DNA from: a virus | Strand: one strand, 5' to 3' | DNA length: 64,000 nucleotides | Virus record (IMG/VR): IMGVR_UViG_3300046336_000034 | Location: 1 to 64,000 of that record | Shown here: positions 8,994-18,575 of the stretch, piece by piece | How the letters are laid out: the number at the start of each line of letters is the position of its first letter | Position numbering within the stretch: the first letter of the stretch is position 1 | Notes under the pieces: generated by a model | Told to the model about the DNA's origin: nothing | Databases searched by the model: none | What the model saw: only the letters and a program-made list of their open reading frames with translations | Position numbers and translations under genes: made by a program

Positions 8994-10771
8994 TAAAATC
9001 CTTCCACATCCTCAACAGCGCACAAACGATGCTCCTTTGAATCGTAGTATAACGAGCCAGCGTCCCCTGTATGCCCTGCGTGTCTTGATTTCAGGAGACG
9101 CAGTTTAACCGTATTACGCTCCTGTTCTGTCTCTGCCATCTTATTGCGAATTAACCCAATAACGACTGATGCAGACTTAACAAGTGTGCTTGAGCCGATA
9201 ATACTACTATCGGTTATCTCAGCACCTTCGGACGAATCTTTAGCACCTCCAGAGGTCTTCCGTGTATGCACCACGTTGATAATAGATACACCAGTCTCTT
9301 TGACTAGCCGCTTCTGGAAAGCCATAAACTCCTCTTGTCGAGGTATATCTAAGCCAGATAGAATATCTGAGGTTACATCAATCATTAAGACAGTTACACC
9401 CATGCTGCGAATAATTTCTTCAACCTTAGTTTCAACGTCATCAACACTGCCCCCTCGGTCATCACACAACAAGAATGAAGGTCTACCTTCAGAGTCCTCG
9501 AAAAGCTCTTTAGCTTGTTGTGCTACTTCAGGCTGACTCATCACTTGAAGTCGCTCTTCTCTACTTTCAATATTGGTGAACTTCCGTTTACAATAATAAG
9601 ACAGAAGTTGTGTAGCAAATTCTCCTGCTGTTGCCTCCAATGACAATACAGCAAAAACCTCTCTGCGGTCATCTGGTTTATCTTTATTCTCTAGCAACCA
9701 ATCAACAAGCAACTGATTCGTGAAAGTTGACTTACCGATTGAAGAAGCTGCTGCAATCAGTGTAAGTGTTCCTTTAGGGATTCCACCTGCAAGCATTTTA
9801 TTCATTTTCCCAAGCCAAGAAGGTAGTGCCAGTTTATCAAGGTCTGCATACTTTAAAGCTTCCTCGTATAGCGTTGTACTTGCGTGTAACTCAACAGGTG
9901 TCCATGCCTGAGCACTAAAGTAGCTATTTAAGAAGTCCTTCTCTTTACTTTTCTCAAGGTACTCTGCAATGTCCTTCAATTCCCCTTTAAAGATGAATGC
10001 CTTACCACGAGGTAATGCCTTAGCTACTTTGTCAACAACAGATTGCCCTGCTTCATCCCCATCCATTGCAATAATCACCTTCGTAAACCCCTCAAAAAAG
10101 GCGTAGTTAGCTGCAATTTGCTTGTGTGCGGTATTTGCACCTACAGAAACACCTACAACTACAGGTTCACCAAAGTCTGTTGAACGCCTATCATTGTACT
10201 CTTTAAGCATCTGAAACCCCGCCATCGCACACTGCTCACCTTCTGTGATAAGACAGTACTTTGCAGATTTATTTTTATAACGAAACTGCCCAAAAAGTTC
10301 GACAGTTGCTGTAGTATCACCAATACCAGAGAATGATTTAGGTAGTAATCGTTTCTTATAGCCTACAAGTTTACCATCACGAGTCGCAGGATAAAAAATA
10401 GACTCTAACTCACCTGTAGCTTCGTCATAAGCTCCACGAGTTGCATAGAACTTTGCAGTATCCTGCGTGATTTTTCTCCAGCCTTGGAGGTCTGTTGTTG
10501 TGGTTGTTTTAATCTCTTCTTTAGCCTCCTCTGTGATAGGGTCTTTAATCTTAACTTGTGTAACTTCTACCACTGGTTTTTCCTTTTCTTTATTATGTAC
10601 GCTGTTATGTTTGCGTTTACTTACTCTATTATCCTGATTTGCTGCAATGAACTCGTCACTAGGTTTGGTAAAACTGCATGAGAAACAATGTTGACTTTCA
10701 TCAACATAGACTGCTAAAGCATCAGATGAGCCGCACTTAGGACAACTTGTATGGTATTTAAATGCTGCCAA
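8993..10771 (-). CDS. primase-helicase (T7 gp4-like)
   Basis: CPKCGSSD/CFSC zinc domain, TOPRIM EGE and DGD, Walker A SSIGKST, KSR..G.TG. Confidence 0.93.
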   Translation of the reverse strand: MAAFKYHTSCPKCGSSDALAVYVDESQHCFSCSFTKPSDEFIAANQDNRVSKRKHNSVHNKEKEKPVVEVTQVKIKDPITEEAKEEIKTTTTTDLQGWRKITQDTAKFYATRGAYDEATGELESIFYPATRDGKLVGYKKRLLPKSFSGIGDTTATVELFGQFRYKNKSAKYCLITEGEQCAMAGFQMLKEYNDRRSTDFGEPVVVGVSVGANTAHKQIAANYAFFEGFTKVIIAMDGDEAGQSVVDKVAKALPRGKAFIFKGELKDIAEYLEKSKEKDFLNSYFSAQAWTPVELHASTTLYEEALKYADLDKLALPSWLGKMNKMLAGGIPKGTLTLIAAASSIGKSTFTNQLLVDWLLENKDKPDDRREVFAVLSLEATAGEFATQLLSYYCKRKFTNIESREERLQVMSQPEVAQQAKELFEDSEGRPSFLLCDDRGGSVDDVETKVEEIIRSMGVTVLMIDVTSDILSGLDIPRQEEFMAFQKRLVKETGVSIINVVHTRKTSGGAKDSSEGAEITDSSIIGSSTLVKSASVVIGLIRNKMAETEQERNTVKLRLLKSRHAGHTGDAGSLYYDSKEHRLCAVEDVEGF

Positions 10772-10781
10772 TTAAACTCCT

Positions 10782-11798
10782 TCACTCATTCTTCAGCAAC
10801 CAAGCATTGCTGATAACCTTAAAACTCTTATTTGGGTCGTCATTACACTGAAAGACTAAACCCTCTCGCTGTGAGTCGTTTAACTGTGATTTACCTTCTG
10901 CAAAAGACAATAAAAACGGAATGTCCACTGCTTCAATTGGGAAGCTACGACTAATGATTGGCACTGTTGACAGCCTTAACTGTGCTGCTATTGCCTGCAA
11001 CGTAGAGAACTTCTCATAAGAACCTTCAAAAGAGTTGTACACGTCAAACAAATAAAATGCGGGTTTCCGTTTATACTGATTACCTTGGATACCTTCCCCA
11101 ACAATCTCACCTTGTAAGGCAACCCCCGCCCAGCCCCAGTCAATCAGCTTTCGTTCAATATCAAGGTCAATCGCCATCTTCCAGTAAGTGTTACTCTTAT
11201 CTCGTTTCAAATCAAGATTACGAGAACAGACATGGAACTCTCCCTCTTTATCGAGATAGAAGGTGCAAGATGTTCCATCCAGTTTCTCGGTCACAGTCCA
11301 CTTATGTTGTTGTAAACTTGAAAACTCTTTTGTAAGGTTCTGAATACGCTCTTGGTCTGTCTTAGGAATCTCAGGTGGAAAATTACCACGGATAAGTCCA
11401 GCTAATTGAGCAGGGATTGGTTTTTCGTATTTGATAATACCTAGTGGAAAAGTCACATCAAGTCCTTCAAATAATTCACTCTCAATATTCTTACACGTTG
11501 GCTCTAGTGGTAAGAGAAGTCCTTGTGACACTTGACCCTTGAGCTTAATAGTTCGCAATCTCTCACCCTTAACACCCTCAAACTCACGAGGCTCTTTACC
11601 TCTAGAAAGAAAAGGTGCAAGTTCGTAAGGAAGCCAACTATCAATTTCAATGTACACTACTTTGTCTTCAACGGTGTATTTGCCAACTTGGTCGACCACC
11701 CACCAGCCGCCGACACGATAAGCACAAATCTTATCTGCACCCTCGATTGGTTTAATCTCTTCAATCACTCGGATTGTTGCTAATTTACGTTCTGTCAT
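10782..11798 (-). CDS. RNA ligase, DRB0094/Rnl5 family
   Basis: N-terminal OB fold (RKLATIR...GADKI), PKTDQER, EKLDG, EGLV, FKVISN. Confidence 0.9.
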   Translation of the reverse strand: MTERKLATIRVIEEIKPIEGADKICAYRVGGWWVVDQVGKYTVEDKVVYIEIDSWLPYELAPFLSRGKEPREFEGVKGERLRTIKLKGQVSQGLLLPLEPTCKNIESELFEGLDVTFPLGIIKYEKPIPAQLAGLIRGNFPPEIPKTDQERIQNLTKEFSSLQQHKWTVTEKLDGTSCTFYLDKEGEFHVCSRNLDLKRDKSNTYWKMAIDLDIERKLIDWGWAGVALQGEIVGEGIQGNQYKRKPAFYLFDVYNSFEGSYEKFSTLQAIAAQLRLSTVPIISRSFPIEAVDIPFLLSFAEGKSQLNDSQREGLVFQCNDDPNKSFKVISNAWLLKNE

Positions 11799-11807
11799 AT
11801 TTCTCCT

Positions 11808-12071
11808 TTAAGCAAACGAATAATTGTATTGCACTACGCTTTTAACTTCAATCTTAAACCGCCACAGAATTAATCTGTGAGTGATTATACCATCTTCTTC
11901 GGTGTGGTCGTAAAGGTAGCTAGCAGGTTCAAGATATTCCTCGTACATTCTACTACCATTGTAGACATATTTGTATTCAAAGGCGTATTTAGCAAAGCCA
12001 ATTGATACATCGCAACCTAGGATGTTAAACTTCTTGATGCGTTCTTTTGTAAGGGGAATAAGTTTAATCAT
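11808..12071 (-). CDS. hypothetical protein
   Basis: ORF track; packing. Confidence 0.55.
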   Translation of the reverse strand: MIKLIPLTKERIKKFNILGCDVSIGFAKYAFEYKYVYNGSRMYEEYLEPASYLYDHTEEDGIITHRLILWRFKIEVKSVVQYNYSFA

Positions 12072-12267
12072 ATAATCCTTTCACTCTAACTTCACAAGTA
12101 CACGCAGGACACTTAATAAAATGGTAATACTCTTTTCCACCTGTGTAATCCGTGTAGTAGTCCCGTAGCACGTCTGAAGGTGTGTACTCTAAGGTTGAAC
12201 CACAATTCTTGCAGATGACTTCCTTGGTAACACTTTTGTCTGGTGCAGATTTGATAACTTTAACCAT
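12064..12267 (-). CDS. zinc-ribbon protein
   Basis: CKNC...CPAC; start moved to ATG 12267 behind AGGAG. Confidence 0.65.
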   Translation of the reverse strand: MVKVIKSAPDKSVTKEVICKNCGSTLEYTPSDVLRDYYTDYTGGKEYYHFIKCPACTCEVRVKGLYD

Positions 12268-12275
12268 ATTTCTCC

Positions 12276-12416
12276 TTATTGGCTGCAAATTTGCAGCATT
12301 ATGTTTAACGCTTGGATAAACTGCATTTGCTCTATTGGTTGCAACTGCTCCCACGAGCGAGTGCCGCCGAGTTTGACTACTATCGCAGCGTAAAAACGCT
12401 CTGTATCACTTGACAT
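12276..12416 (-). CDS. small hypothetical protein (46 aa)
   Basis: Manual ORF MSSDTERFYAAIV...QICSQ filling the gap between genes. Confidence 0.55.
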   Translation of the reverse strand: MSSDTERFYAAIVVKLGGTRSWEQLQPIEQMQFIQALNIMLQICSQ

Positions 12417-12419
12417 ATT

Positions 12420-12701
12420 TTAATTTTCTCCTTCTATTGTTTGTGTAACTATAACAGTAAGTCCTAACATTTTAGCTCGGATTTCTTTGATGGTATCAAA
12501 TTCTACAACTGGTTGCTCTTTTTCAAGTTTAACCCAGATTACATCCTTACCGTCTGCCCTTGCTGTACTACAACACTTATTACTTGAACTGCCACAAAGG
12601 CATACTTCACTTTCGCAACCCATGTAAAACCCATCTGCCTCTACAGCTTGGTATGCTTCGCCTTGATATTGCACCACTTCTAATCTATCACCTACAGCCA
12701 T
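12420..12701 (-). CDS. hypothetical Cys-containing protein
   Basis: First gene after promoter 12729-12756; AGGAG RBS. Confidence 0.6.
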   Translation of the reverse strand: MAVGDRLEVVQYQGEAYQAVEADGFYMGCESEVCLCGSSSNKCCSTARADGKDVIWVKLEKEQPVVEFDTIKEIRAKMLGLTVIVTQTIEGEN

Positions 12702-12728
12702 ATAAACTCCTTTTTGTTTAGATGAACT

Positions 12729-12756
12729 ATTGTAGCACAGTTTTATAAGATTGCAA
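12729..12756 (-). promoter_or_regulatory. sigma70-like promoter for the replication operon
   Basis: TTGCAA-16-TACAAT with extended TG. Confidence 0.65.
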
Positions 12757-12790
12757 GACTTCTTGTGTTGTTAAAATGCTACAGACGAAG

Positions 12791-12826
12791 AAAAACCCCA
12801 GAGGTTTTCACCAGTGGGGTTTGTTT
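12791..12826 (-). terminator. intrinsic terminator after lysis genes
   Basis: CCCCACUGG...CCUCUGGGG stem followed by U-tract. Confidence 0.7.
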
Positions 12827-13340
12827 ATTTAGTTGTGAAGGATTCAACTGATTGTTTTACAGCATCATAGTCCTTATAACACTGTATCAGAGAGAGCTTC
12901 AAGGTTTCTGTGTCGGAAGAGTACCTGACAAGAAACTCTGCATCAATCTTATATAGTCCTTGTCCAGTAGTTCCTGCTTGACCTTCTGTTGTTGGGGTAC
13001 TTGGATTGTTACCACTTGCTGTGGGGCGTTCGGGACGGCTTGACAGGCTACCAAGAAGAGTACCAACACGTAGGTTAAGGTTTTTAATTTTAACATCATT
13101 TTCCTCTTTTGTTTTAGTTAGCTTTTGTTCAAGCTCTTTATCTGCCGATTTCTTCTTTAGACTTAGAACCTCATTCTGCGCCAAGATTTGCGCCTCGTAC
13201 TTTATCTCTGTTGCTTTTACGCCTTCTTTGTAGGACTCACTTAGTTGGTATCGGTAGCCGCCATATAGTGTTAGTACAACAGCTACAACGATACCAAACT
13301 TAATAAAAGATGTGTACGCACCTGTGAATAAACTTAACAT
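12825..13340 (-). CDS. i-spanin (Rz-like)
   Basis: N-terminal TM helix, coiled coil, C-terminal Cys; downstream of endolysin. Confidence 0.8.
   Translation of the reverse strand: MLSLFTGAYTSFIKFGIVVAVVLTLYGGYRYQLSESYKEGVKATEIKYEAQILAQNEVLSLKKKSADKELEQKLTKTKEENDVKIKNLNLRVGTLLGSLSSRPERPTASGNNPSTPTTEGQAGTTGQGLYKIDAEFLVRYSSDTETLKLSLIQCYKDYDAVKQSVESFTTK
12899..13099 (-). CDS. o-spanin (Rz1-like lipoprotein) embedded in the i-spanin gene
   Basis: Signal peptide with lipobox LVAC in an alternative frame, fully nested. Confidence 0.72.
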   Translation of the reverse strand: MMLKLKTLTYVLVLFLVACQAVPNAPQQVVTIQVPQQQKVKQELLDKDYIRLMQSFLSGTLPTQKP

Positions 13341-13341
13341 A

Positions 13342-13935
13342 TTAAATACCGTGCCTCTCTGAGTATTTGATACCGTAATTTTGTTCGAGTAACCACAACT
13401 GCTTAGTTCTATAGTCTATTGCCATTTGCTTAGCTTCGTTTTCGCCGTGGGCATGAATTGGAAAGCTTTTCATACATTGCTTATCATTTTCATCGTACCA
13501 ACTAGCCCTCCAATAAGTATCTATCTTACCTGATGGTTTTTTCTTATTGTAACGATGAACACCTGTAATACCAGAGGTGTTTCTGGATTGCTTTTTTCTG
13601 TTCTTGCTATTTTCACCGTCAGAAGAAACTCTAAGATTCATAATCCTGTTATCATCCTTCTTTCCGTTAATATGGTCTATAAGAGGTTGCTCCCCTTCAG
13701 GGTAGTCACCGTGGATATACGTCCAAGCTAAACGGTGTGCTTGGTATAGATGACCACTAAACCCGATTCGCACATAACCATCTTTCCCCATATTACCAGC
13801 AATTTGTCCTGCTTTAACATTTCGTGCAGGGGAGACCAACCAATAAAACAAGCCAGTCTCATACTCGTAACATAGTAATTCTTTCAACAGCGTATAGGGT
13901 AGCAATGCTTCTTTCTTCTTATTAACCTTAGTCAT
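13342..13935 (-). CDS. HNH homing endonuclease with AP2-like C-terminus
   Basis: HRLAW, DHINGKKDDNRIMNLR, NTSGITGV; likely ATG 13935 behind AAGGA. Confidence 0.88.
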   Translation of the reverse strand: MTKVNKKKEALLPYTLLKELLCYEYETGLFYWLVSPARNVKAGQIAGNMGKDGYVRIGFSGHLYQAHRLAWTYIHGDYPEGEQPLIDHINGKKDDNRIMNLRVSSDGENSKNRKKQSRNTSGITGVHRYNKKKPSGKIDTYWRASWYDENDKQCMKSFPIHAHGENEAKQMAIDYRTKQLWLLEQNYGIKYSERHGI

Positions 13936-13968
13936 TTTATTCCTTGTAATCAAAATATGTCGCTTAAA

Positions 13969-14026
13969 AACAACAAGCAGGGTGGTAACAAATCACCTTT
14001 TCGGACTGCATATCCTAGCCTGTGTT
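13969..14026 (-). ncRNA. HEG-leader three-way-junction RNA, copy A
   Basis: ACAGGC-UA-GGA..UCC-GAAA-A-GGUG[AUUUGUUAC]CACC-CU-GCUUGU. Confidence 0.7.
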
Positions 14027-14033
14027 ATCTTTA

Positions 14034-14062
14034 ATTATAACACTAAATGTGCAGGTTGTCAA
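14034..14062 (-). promoter_or_regulatory. consensus sigma70 promoter upstream of leader RNA A
   Basis: TTGACA-17-TATAAT with extended TG. Confidence 0.85.
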
Positions 14063-14523
14063 GATAAATCTGACAAACAGAATTGCTGTTCGGCTTCTCT
14101 ACGCTTTATTAAGCCTTTTAACTCCACTAACTGCCCTGCAACTCTTGCCTTGTTCCATTTTGGGAGTTCATTACAAGCCTCTTTATATTTACCCTGAGAT
14201 AAGTATTTAGAGGCTGTGCTATTACAAGCTACTGCACCACCGATGTTGAACACAGCATCAGAAAAAGAGGCTCTTACCTTGTCAGGTAAGTTTGGATGGC
14301 ACTTGTCTACAATATCAACGGCTTCTTGCATATCTGTACTAATTAAGGATTTACACTCTTCTAATGAATACTTCCTACCCTTAACAATGTCGTTACCTGT
14401 ATGTCCGTAGCAGACTGTCAATATTCCAACGGGGTCTGTATAAGCATATTGACGTAGCCCCTCGGCAGGGATGGCTAGTGCTAGTGCCAATAGGATAATA
14501 CGAGAGGTATTATTTATTGTCAT
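14059..14523 (-). CDS. endolysin, GH24 lysozyme, probably SAR type
   Basis: E-x8-D-x5-T triad (EGLRQYAYTDPVGILT) right after a hydrophobic N-terminus; GL..RR..E C-terminus. Confidence 0.92.
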   Translation of the reverse strand: MTINNTSRIILLALALAIPAEGLRQYAYTDPVGILTVCYGHTGNDIVKGRKYSLEECKSLISTDMQEAVDIVDKCHPNLPDKVRASFSDAVFNIGGAVACNSTASKYLSQGKYKEACNELPKWNKARVAGQLVELKGLIKRREAEQQFCLSDLS

Positions 14524-14800
14524 TGGATACTCTCTTTTCTATCTCTGCTAATTCTTTAGCGAGTACCCTCATTTGTAAATCGTATTGGAGTTTATCTCGC
14601 TCATCTGCTTCAATAGCCCGTCTATCTGCCCTTGTGTTTCGATAGTACGAGACAATCTGGATAAACACACCTACAACAAGAGCGACAAAACCAAGCATCT
14701 GGGTAAGGTCAATTCCTTGCAGTAAACTCGCAACCCAAGCTACTCCCCCTGTCATTGACACTTTAAACCCGAACGGTTCGTTCATCAAATCATTCATCAC
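14510..14800 (-). CDS. putative holin
   Basis: Hydrophobic segments plus charged C-terminus; overlaps endolysin start. Confidence 0.6.
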   Translation of the reverse strand: MMNDLMNEPFGFKVSMTGGVAWVASLLQGIDLTQMLGFVALVVGVFIQIVSYYRNTRADRRAIEADERDKLQYDLQMRVLAKELAEIEKRVSNDNK

Positions 14801-14993
14801 TTTTTCCTAAATTCAAATAAACATAAACTACAGTAAACACAACAGGCACTCTACCTATTGCGTATAGAATATTTTGTTGCCAAGCGTCTACGGTGAGTTT
14901 ATTGATAAAAGGTACAACAGATAGACCAGTGAAAAACAGCACTGCGCTAACAGCTAATGTCAAACCTATAACATCCTTGATTTCTAACTTCAT
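14790..14993 (-). CDS. small 2-TM protein (lysis-associated candidate)
   Basis: Hydrophobicity; position in lysis cassette. Confidence 0.5.
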   Translation of the reverse strand: MKLEIKDVIGLTLAVSAVLFFTGLSVVPFINKLTVDAWQQNILYAIGRVPVVFTVVYVYLNLGKSDE

Positions 14994-15175
14994 ACTACAC
15001 CCTTATCTAGTTTCTTCTCCGCATAGGACGATGTCCCATACACACCTAAAGCTCCTATAACGAGAGACACCAGTGCAGAAGATTCTAGGTCAGTTGTCCA
15101 AGCTGTTATAAAAGCTAAAAGAATAACACTAGATGTTTGAATGTACCTTCTTGATAAGTACTTATTATCTTCCAT
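14990..15175 (-). CDS. small 2-TM protein (holin/antiholin candidate)
   Basis: Basic N-terminus (SRRY), two hydrophobic helices. Confidence 0.5.
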   Translation of the reverse strand: MEDNKYLSRRYIQTSSVILLAFITAWTTDLESSALVSLVIGALGVYGTSSYAEKKLDKGVV

Positions 15176-15596
15176 CTTTTTCTTTCTGAAGTCTTGCTAT
15201 GTAAGTCAAGAGAACTTCTGGTGTAGCTCGTTCATCAACTGCACCCAGCATCATGTAAAGGACTAACTCGTAACAGTAGTATCGTCTTGAGTCCCGCACC
15301 TTTAAGAACAGAAAGGATAATAGGCTGAAATAATCATAAGCACAGTCCTTAATCTGGTTGTACCGCTCAAGAGCTAACTCATTAGGAATGTCGTACTCAA
15401 ACCATTCGTAGTCTTGAGCAAGAGCAGTTGTTATAGGATAATCTCTTACACCTGATTTACTCTGGTCACCTTTTAGTGCAGTGGACTCATAGAACCTGTC
15501 ACCAATCCAGACACCAGCGTGTGACCACTGAGAGGTAGTGAGTGTCCTGACAATACCACTGTACCATTTATGACCTTTTTTGAAACCTATCCTCAT
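15165..15596 (-). CDS. permuted papain-like NlpC/P60 (YiiX/YaeF-type) protein
   Basis: WSHAG before YDY and YYCYELV (His precedes Cys). Confidence 0.75.
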   Translation of the reverse strand: MRIGFKKGHKWYSGIVRTLTTSQWSHAGVWIGDRFYESTALKGDQSKSGVRDYPITTALAQDYEWFEYDIPNELALERYNQIKDCAYDYFSLLSFLFLKVRDSRRYYCYELVLYMMLGAVDERATPEVLLTYIARLQKEKDGR

Positions 15597-15608
15597 GGTA
15601 AGTGCCTC

Positions 15609-16118
15609 CTATATTCCTAGAGAAGCGCGGATAGCTGTGACAAAGCCACCCCATTGTTGCATCGCTGTAGACACATCATTGGTAATGTTCTTCTTAGCTG
15701 TGAGGCGATTAGCACGTATAGCAGAAGCTGCTCCCCTCCAAGCATTTGCTTGTGCAATAATGTCGTCAGTAGCTTCTTGTGCAGTTGTCAAACCTTTAGT
15801 ATTGTTAGTCAACCAGCTTGCAACAAAAGAAGGGACAGCACCTGTGTACAGTGCAGCTTTAAATGCGTTTGCTTGTAGCTCTGCTTCACTGTACTCTGTA
15901 GCCCTATTGCCAATAGCTGCTGCGTAGATTAAGTCCACGTCAGCATCGACTTTTTTGAGTAATTCTGCCTTGGTGGGTGGTACTGGTACAGGGATGTTTG
16001 CTATACGAATAGCCTCAGCTTCTTCGTCGGTAATGGGTACACTTCCGACAGGAAGTAGATAAGCGAACTCTGATGAGTCGATTACGTGGAGTTTATTTTG
16101 AGTATCTTTGTAGTGCAT
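15609..16118 (-). CDS. tail fibre assembly/chaperone-like protein
   Basis: MHYKD..N.L start, helical C-terminus; follows fibre genes. Confidence 0.55.
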   Translation of the reverse strand: MHYKDTQNKLHVIDSSEFAYLLPVGSVPITDEEAEAIRIANIPVPVPPTKAELLKKVDADVDLIYAAAIGNRATEYSEAELQANAFKAALYTGAVPSFVASWLTNNTKGLTTAQEATDDIIAQANAWRGAASAIRANRLTAKKNITNDVSTAMQQWGGFVTAIRASLGI

Positions 16119-16127
16119 ATTTGTTCC

Positions 16128-16988
16128 TTAAATAGACTCGAACCAATTATTAAGTGTCCCAGTGCCAGAAGATACGATGACTGAATATGAACCACTTGGC
16201 GGCACGTCAACTTGAACACCGACTGCTTGATTTGTCGTATTACCGCCATTAGGCCCCCAGACAACAGCTACACCATTGACAATCCCATTCATACTCATTG
16301 CTGCAGCAGTAGCAGTCGCATACACAGAGACTTTTTTTACCTTGCTTGAGGTGTTGTAATAAGTAGTTCCGAAGACTCGCCCCGGTGTTGTTTTTACATC
16401 GGTATAGACAAAATTCGCCATGGTAGCAAGAGCCTGACCACCCATAGGTTGAACCAAACTCAGCGCAGTCGCATAAGTACCAGCAACAGCCTGTGTGGAG
16501 TCAAGGCAACCCACAACGCGATAAGCAACGGATGTTCTAGCAGTCGTTGAATAAACCACCGAAGCAGATGTTGCACCAGCAGATATTGCTGTTGTGGAAA
16601 TCAAGCCCATTTCACTCAGGTCAACGCCACCCGCTTGATTCACTACGGCAAGCTCTTTTGTCCCTGTCGCATTCAGCTCCAGCACAATGTACCGAGCAGC
16701 TACAGCATTAACCGAACCAAGGGTTGCGCCTTGTGGAATGGTCAGCGTCAGTGGTGAAACATTAGATAGCTGTACTGGTGCGCCAGTAGCTAATGTCGTT
16801 GGTCGGAAAATCGTGGAGCATTGCCCCATTGTGATGACAATGGTGTTTGCAGTGGCAACAGCAGACAAGGGCTTGAAGCCGTTATCGACACCAGAGACAA
16901 CACCTGTGGCATCCATGATTAGTGAATCAACACCATTAGTCTGAATAGCGGATTGTGTGGAGTTTTTTGCGTAGATTGAAGTGGTCAT
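16128..16988 (-). CDS. tail fibre / receptor-binding protein
   Basis: Thr/Ala/Gly-rich; C-terminal R.FGTTYYNT...VPPSGSYSV tip domain. Confidence 0.7.
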   Translation of the reverse strand: MTTSIYAKNSTQSAIQTNGVDSLIMDATGVVSGVDNGFKPLSAVATANTIVITMGQCSTIFRPTTLATGAPVQLSNVSPLTLTIPQGATLGSVNAVAARYIVLELNATGTKELAVVNQAGGVDLSEMGLISTTAISAGATSASVVYSTTARTSVAYRVVGCLDSTQAVAGTYATALSLVQPMGGQALATMANFVYTDVKTTPGRVFGTTYYNTSSKVKKVSVYATATAAAMSMNGIVNGVAVVWGPNGGNTTNQAVGVQVDVPPSGSYSVIVSSGTGTLNNWFESI

Positions 16989-16989
16989 G

Positions 16990-17613
16990 TTACGCAACCC
17001 TTGTTATAGTAAAACCAGTACGGTCTGTTGAAGCTCCAGAGGAGGTAATACCGTGTGCTCGTATCACATCGTTAGCTGCAAGTGGTAACGTAACGGCAAT
17101 CGTTGATGGCAAATCATTTGCCGATGTAACCGCTAGTGCTAGCCTTGTGGCAACAGTGATACTTGTGGGGGCAGTTGTTAGTTGTGCGCTGTTTAGACTA
17201 ATTGCCATACCGCCAGTTGTACTAAATGAATCCGTATAACTAATGGCATAAACTCCAGCTGTGTTGATAGTGAATGTCGCACCAAGAGTTGCACTGTCGG
17301 CATAGGTAATATCAGAGCCTGTATTTGTGACGATATTTGCGAATCTGCGTATAGCTATATTTGTACTGCCGTAACCGTTAGCCGTATTGAGTCTAACGGT
17401 CGGAGGTGGCACAATCGGACTGAGTGCAGGCAATCCTTGCATAAGCTGCAACTTCCCATCCGCCCCAATAGTCAAAATATCCTGCGTAGTCGCTCCGACA
17501 TTACCCCGTGCGAGGGTTGCTGTGCCATCTGCGTTGGTGCGTAGTGTGAAGTTCTGTGTAGCAGTGGCGGAGTCGCCTAGCTGTACAGCGTTTGTTTTGA
17601 TGGTTCCGGCCAT
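16990..17613 (-). CDS. tail fibre-like protein
   Basis: Beta-rich; FTINTAGVYAI...LAANDVIR C1q/TNF-like head; start MAGTIK. Confidence 0.62.
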   Translation of the reverse strand: MAGTIKTNAVQLGDSATATQNFTLRTNADGTATLARGNVGATTQDILTIGADGKLQLMQGLPALSPIVPPPTVRLNTANGYGSTNIAIRRFANIVTNTGSDITYADSATLGATFTINTAGVYAISYTDSFSTTGGMAISLNSAQLTTAPTSITVATRLALAVTSANDLPSTIAVTLPLAANDVIRAHGITSSGASTDRTGFTITRVA

Positions 17614-17621
17614 AGTTAACC

Positions 17622-18050
17622 TTATGTATTGTAAAAATGAGACTGCAATTTGGCAGCCCATCCGTCTTTGATTGTTTGTGTAATCAAAGGGTTTGTAATT
17701 GCTTGAACCTTACCAATGGCAATTTCAAAACTTAATGTATTGATAAAGTTCAACAGCTCTTGCAACTGAGGGTCCGACATCAAGCTCACTAATTGTTCTA
17801 GTGACCACGTTCCAGAGACTAATCTTGCTACGTTTTCAGTTGCAAACTCTGACATGATTGTTTTGACCGCCTCGTATCGTTTTGCATATTTGATTAAACG
17901 AAGCTCGTCTGGAGTTTTAGCTGGTGGTGTGGGTGCATCATCTTCTATTGATAGCATTTGACCCGCTCCGACAGTTGGTTGATACTGCTCAGTATTAGAG
18001 CCAAAACAAACTACTTCATTTAACGCATTTCTAACTACTTTGAAACTCAT
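17622..18050 (-). CDS. tail fibre-associated/chaperone protein
   Basis: Position between fibre genes. Confidence 0.5.
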   Translation of the reverse strand: MSFKVVRNALNEVVCFGSNTEQYQPTVGAGQMLSIEDDAPTPPAKTPDELRLIKYAKRYEAVKTIMSEFATENVARLVSGTWSLEQLVSLMSDPQLQELLNFINTLSFEIAIGKVQAITNPLITQTIKDGWAAKLQSHFYNT

Positions 18051-18565
18051 GCTGCAAACTCCTTAATGGTGATTCGTGAAGCCATAACGCCGCCGTAAAA
18101 GCCCGTTGAAGAATTACCATTTATTGTGGTAGTTCCAGCTATATTCCCACCAGAACGGACGCTAAATGTTGTTGCAGATGTAGTCCCTGCGGTCATAATG
18201 TGTTTAAACGTCACTGGAGTTTCCCCACCTGCGACTACGTTTGCAGATGCCACAGTAAGCGCATTTGCAATAGCACCTTGAAACAGCGCAACTGCTTGGT
18301 ATTGCGGTCCACTGTTTGAGACAACAAGGGTCACATCAATTTCTAGCATGCTTGCTGCACTTGTAGGAGTAATCGCCAAACTAAGGTATTGGTCACCTTC
18401 TGTTATTTGAGGTATAGAGCTGTCGTGAGGAATTAGTGTTGTACCAGTAGCAACCGCACCTGTTTGGTAGGTCACGCTTTGCAACAGACGCTTAGGTAGT
18501 ACATCTGCTGAAGCTGCTCTATCAGAACCAGTAATAGTCCCTGAGCCATTTATTGTTATACTCAT
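18047..18565 (-). CDS. tail fibre-like protein
   Basis: MSITINGSGTITG start; ITPTSAAS...SRITIKE beta domain. Confidence 0.6.
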   Translation of the reverse strand: MSITINGSGTITGSDRAASADVLPKRLLQSVTYQTGAVATGTTLIPHDSSIPQITEGDQYLSLAITPTSAASMLEIDVTLVVSNSGPQYQAVALFQGAIANALTVASANVVAGGETPVTFKHIMTAGTTSATTFSVRSGGNIAGTTTINGNSSTGFYGGVMASRITIKEFAA

Positions 18566-18575
18566 TTGTTATTCC

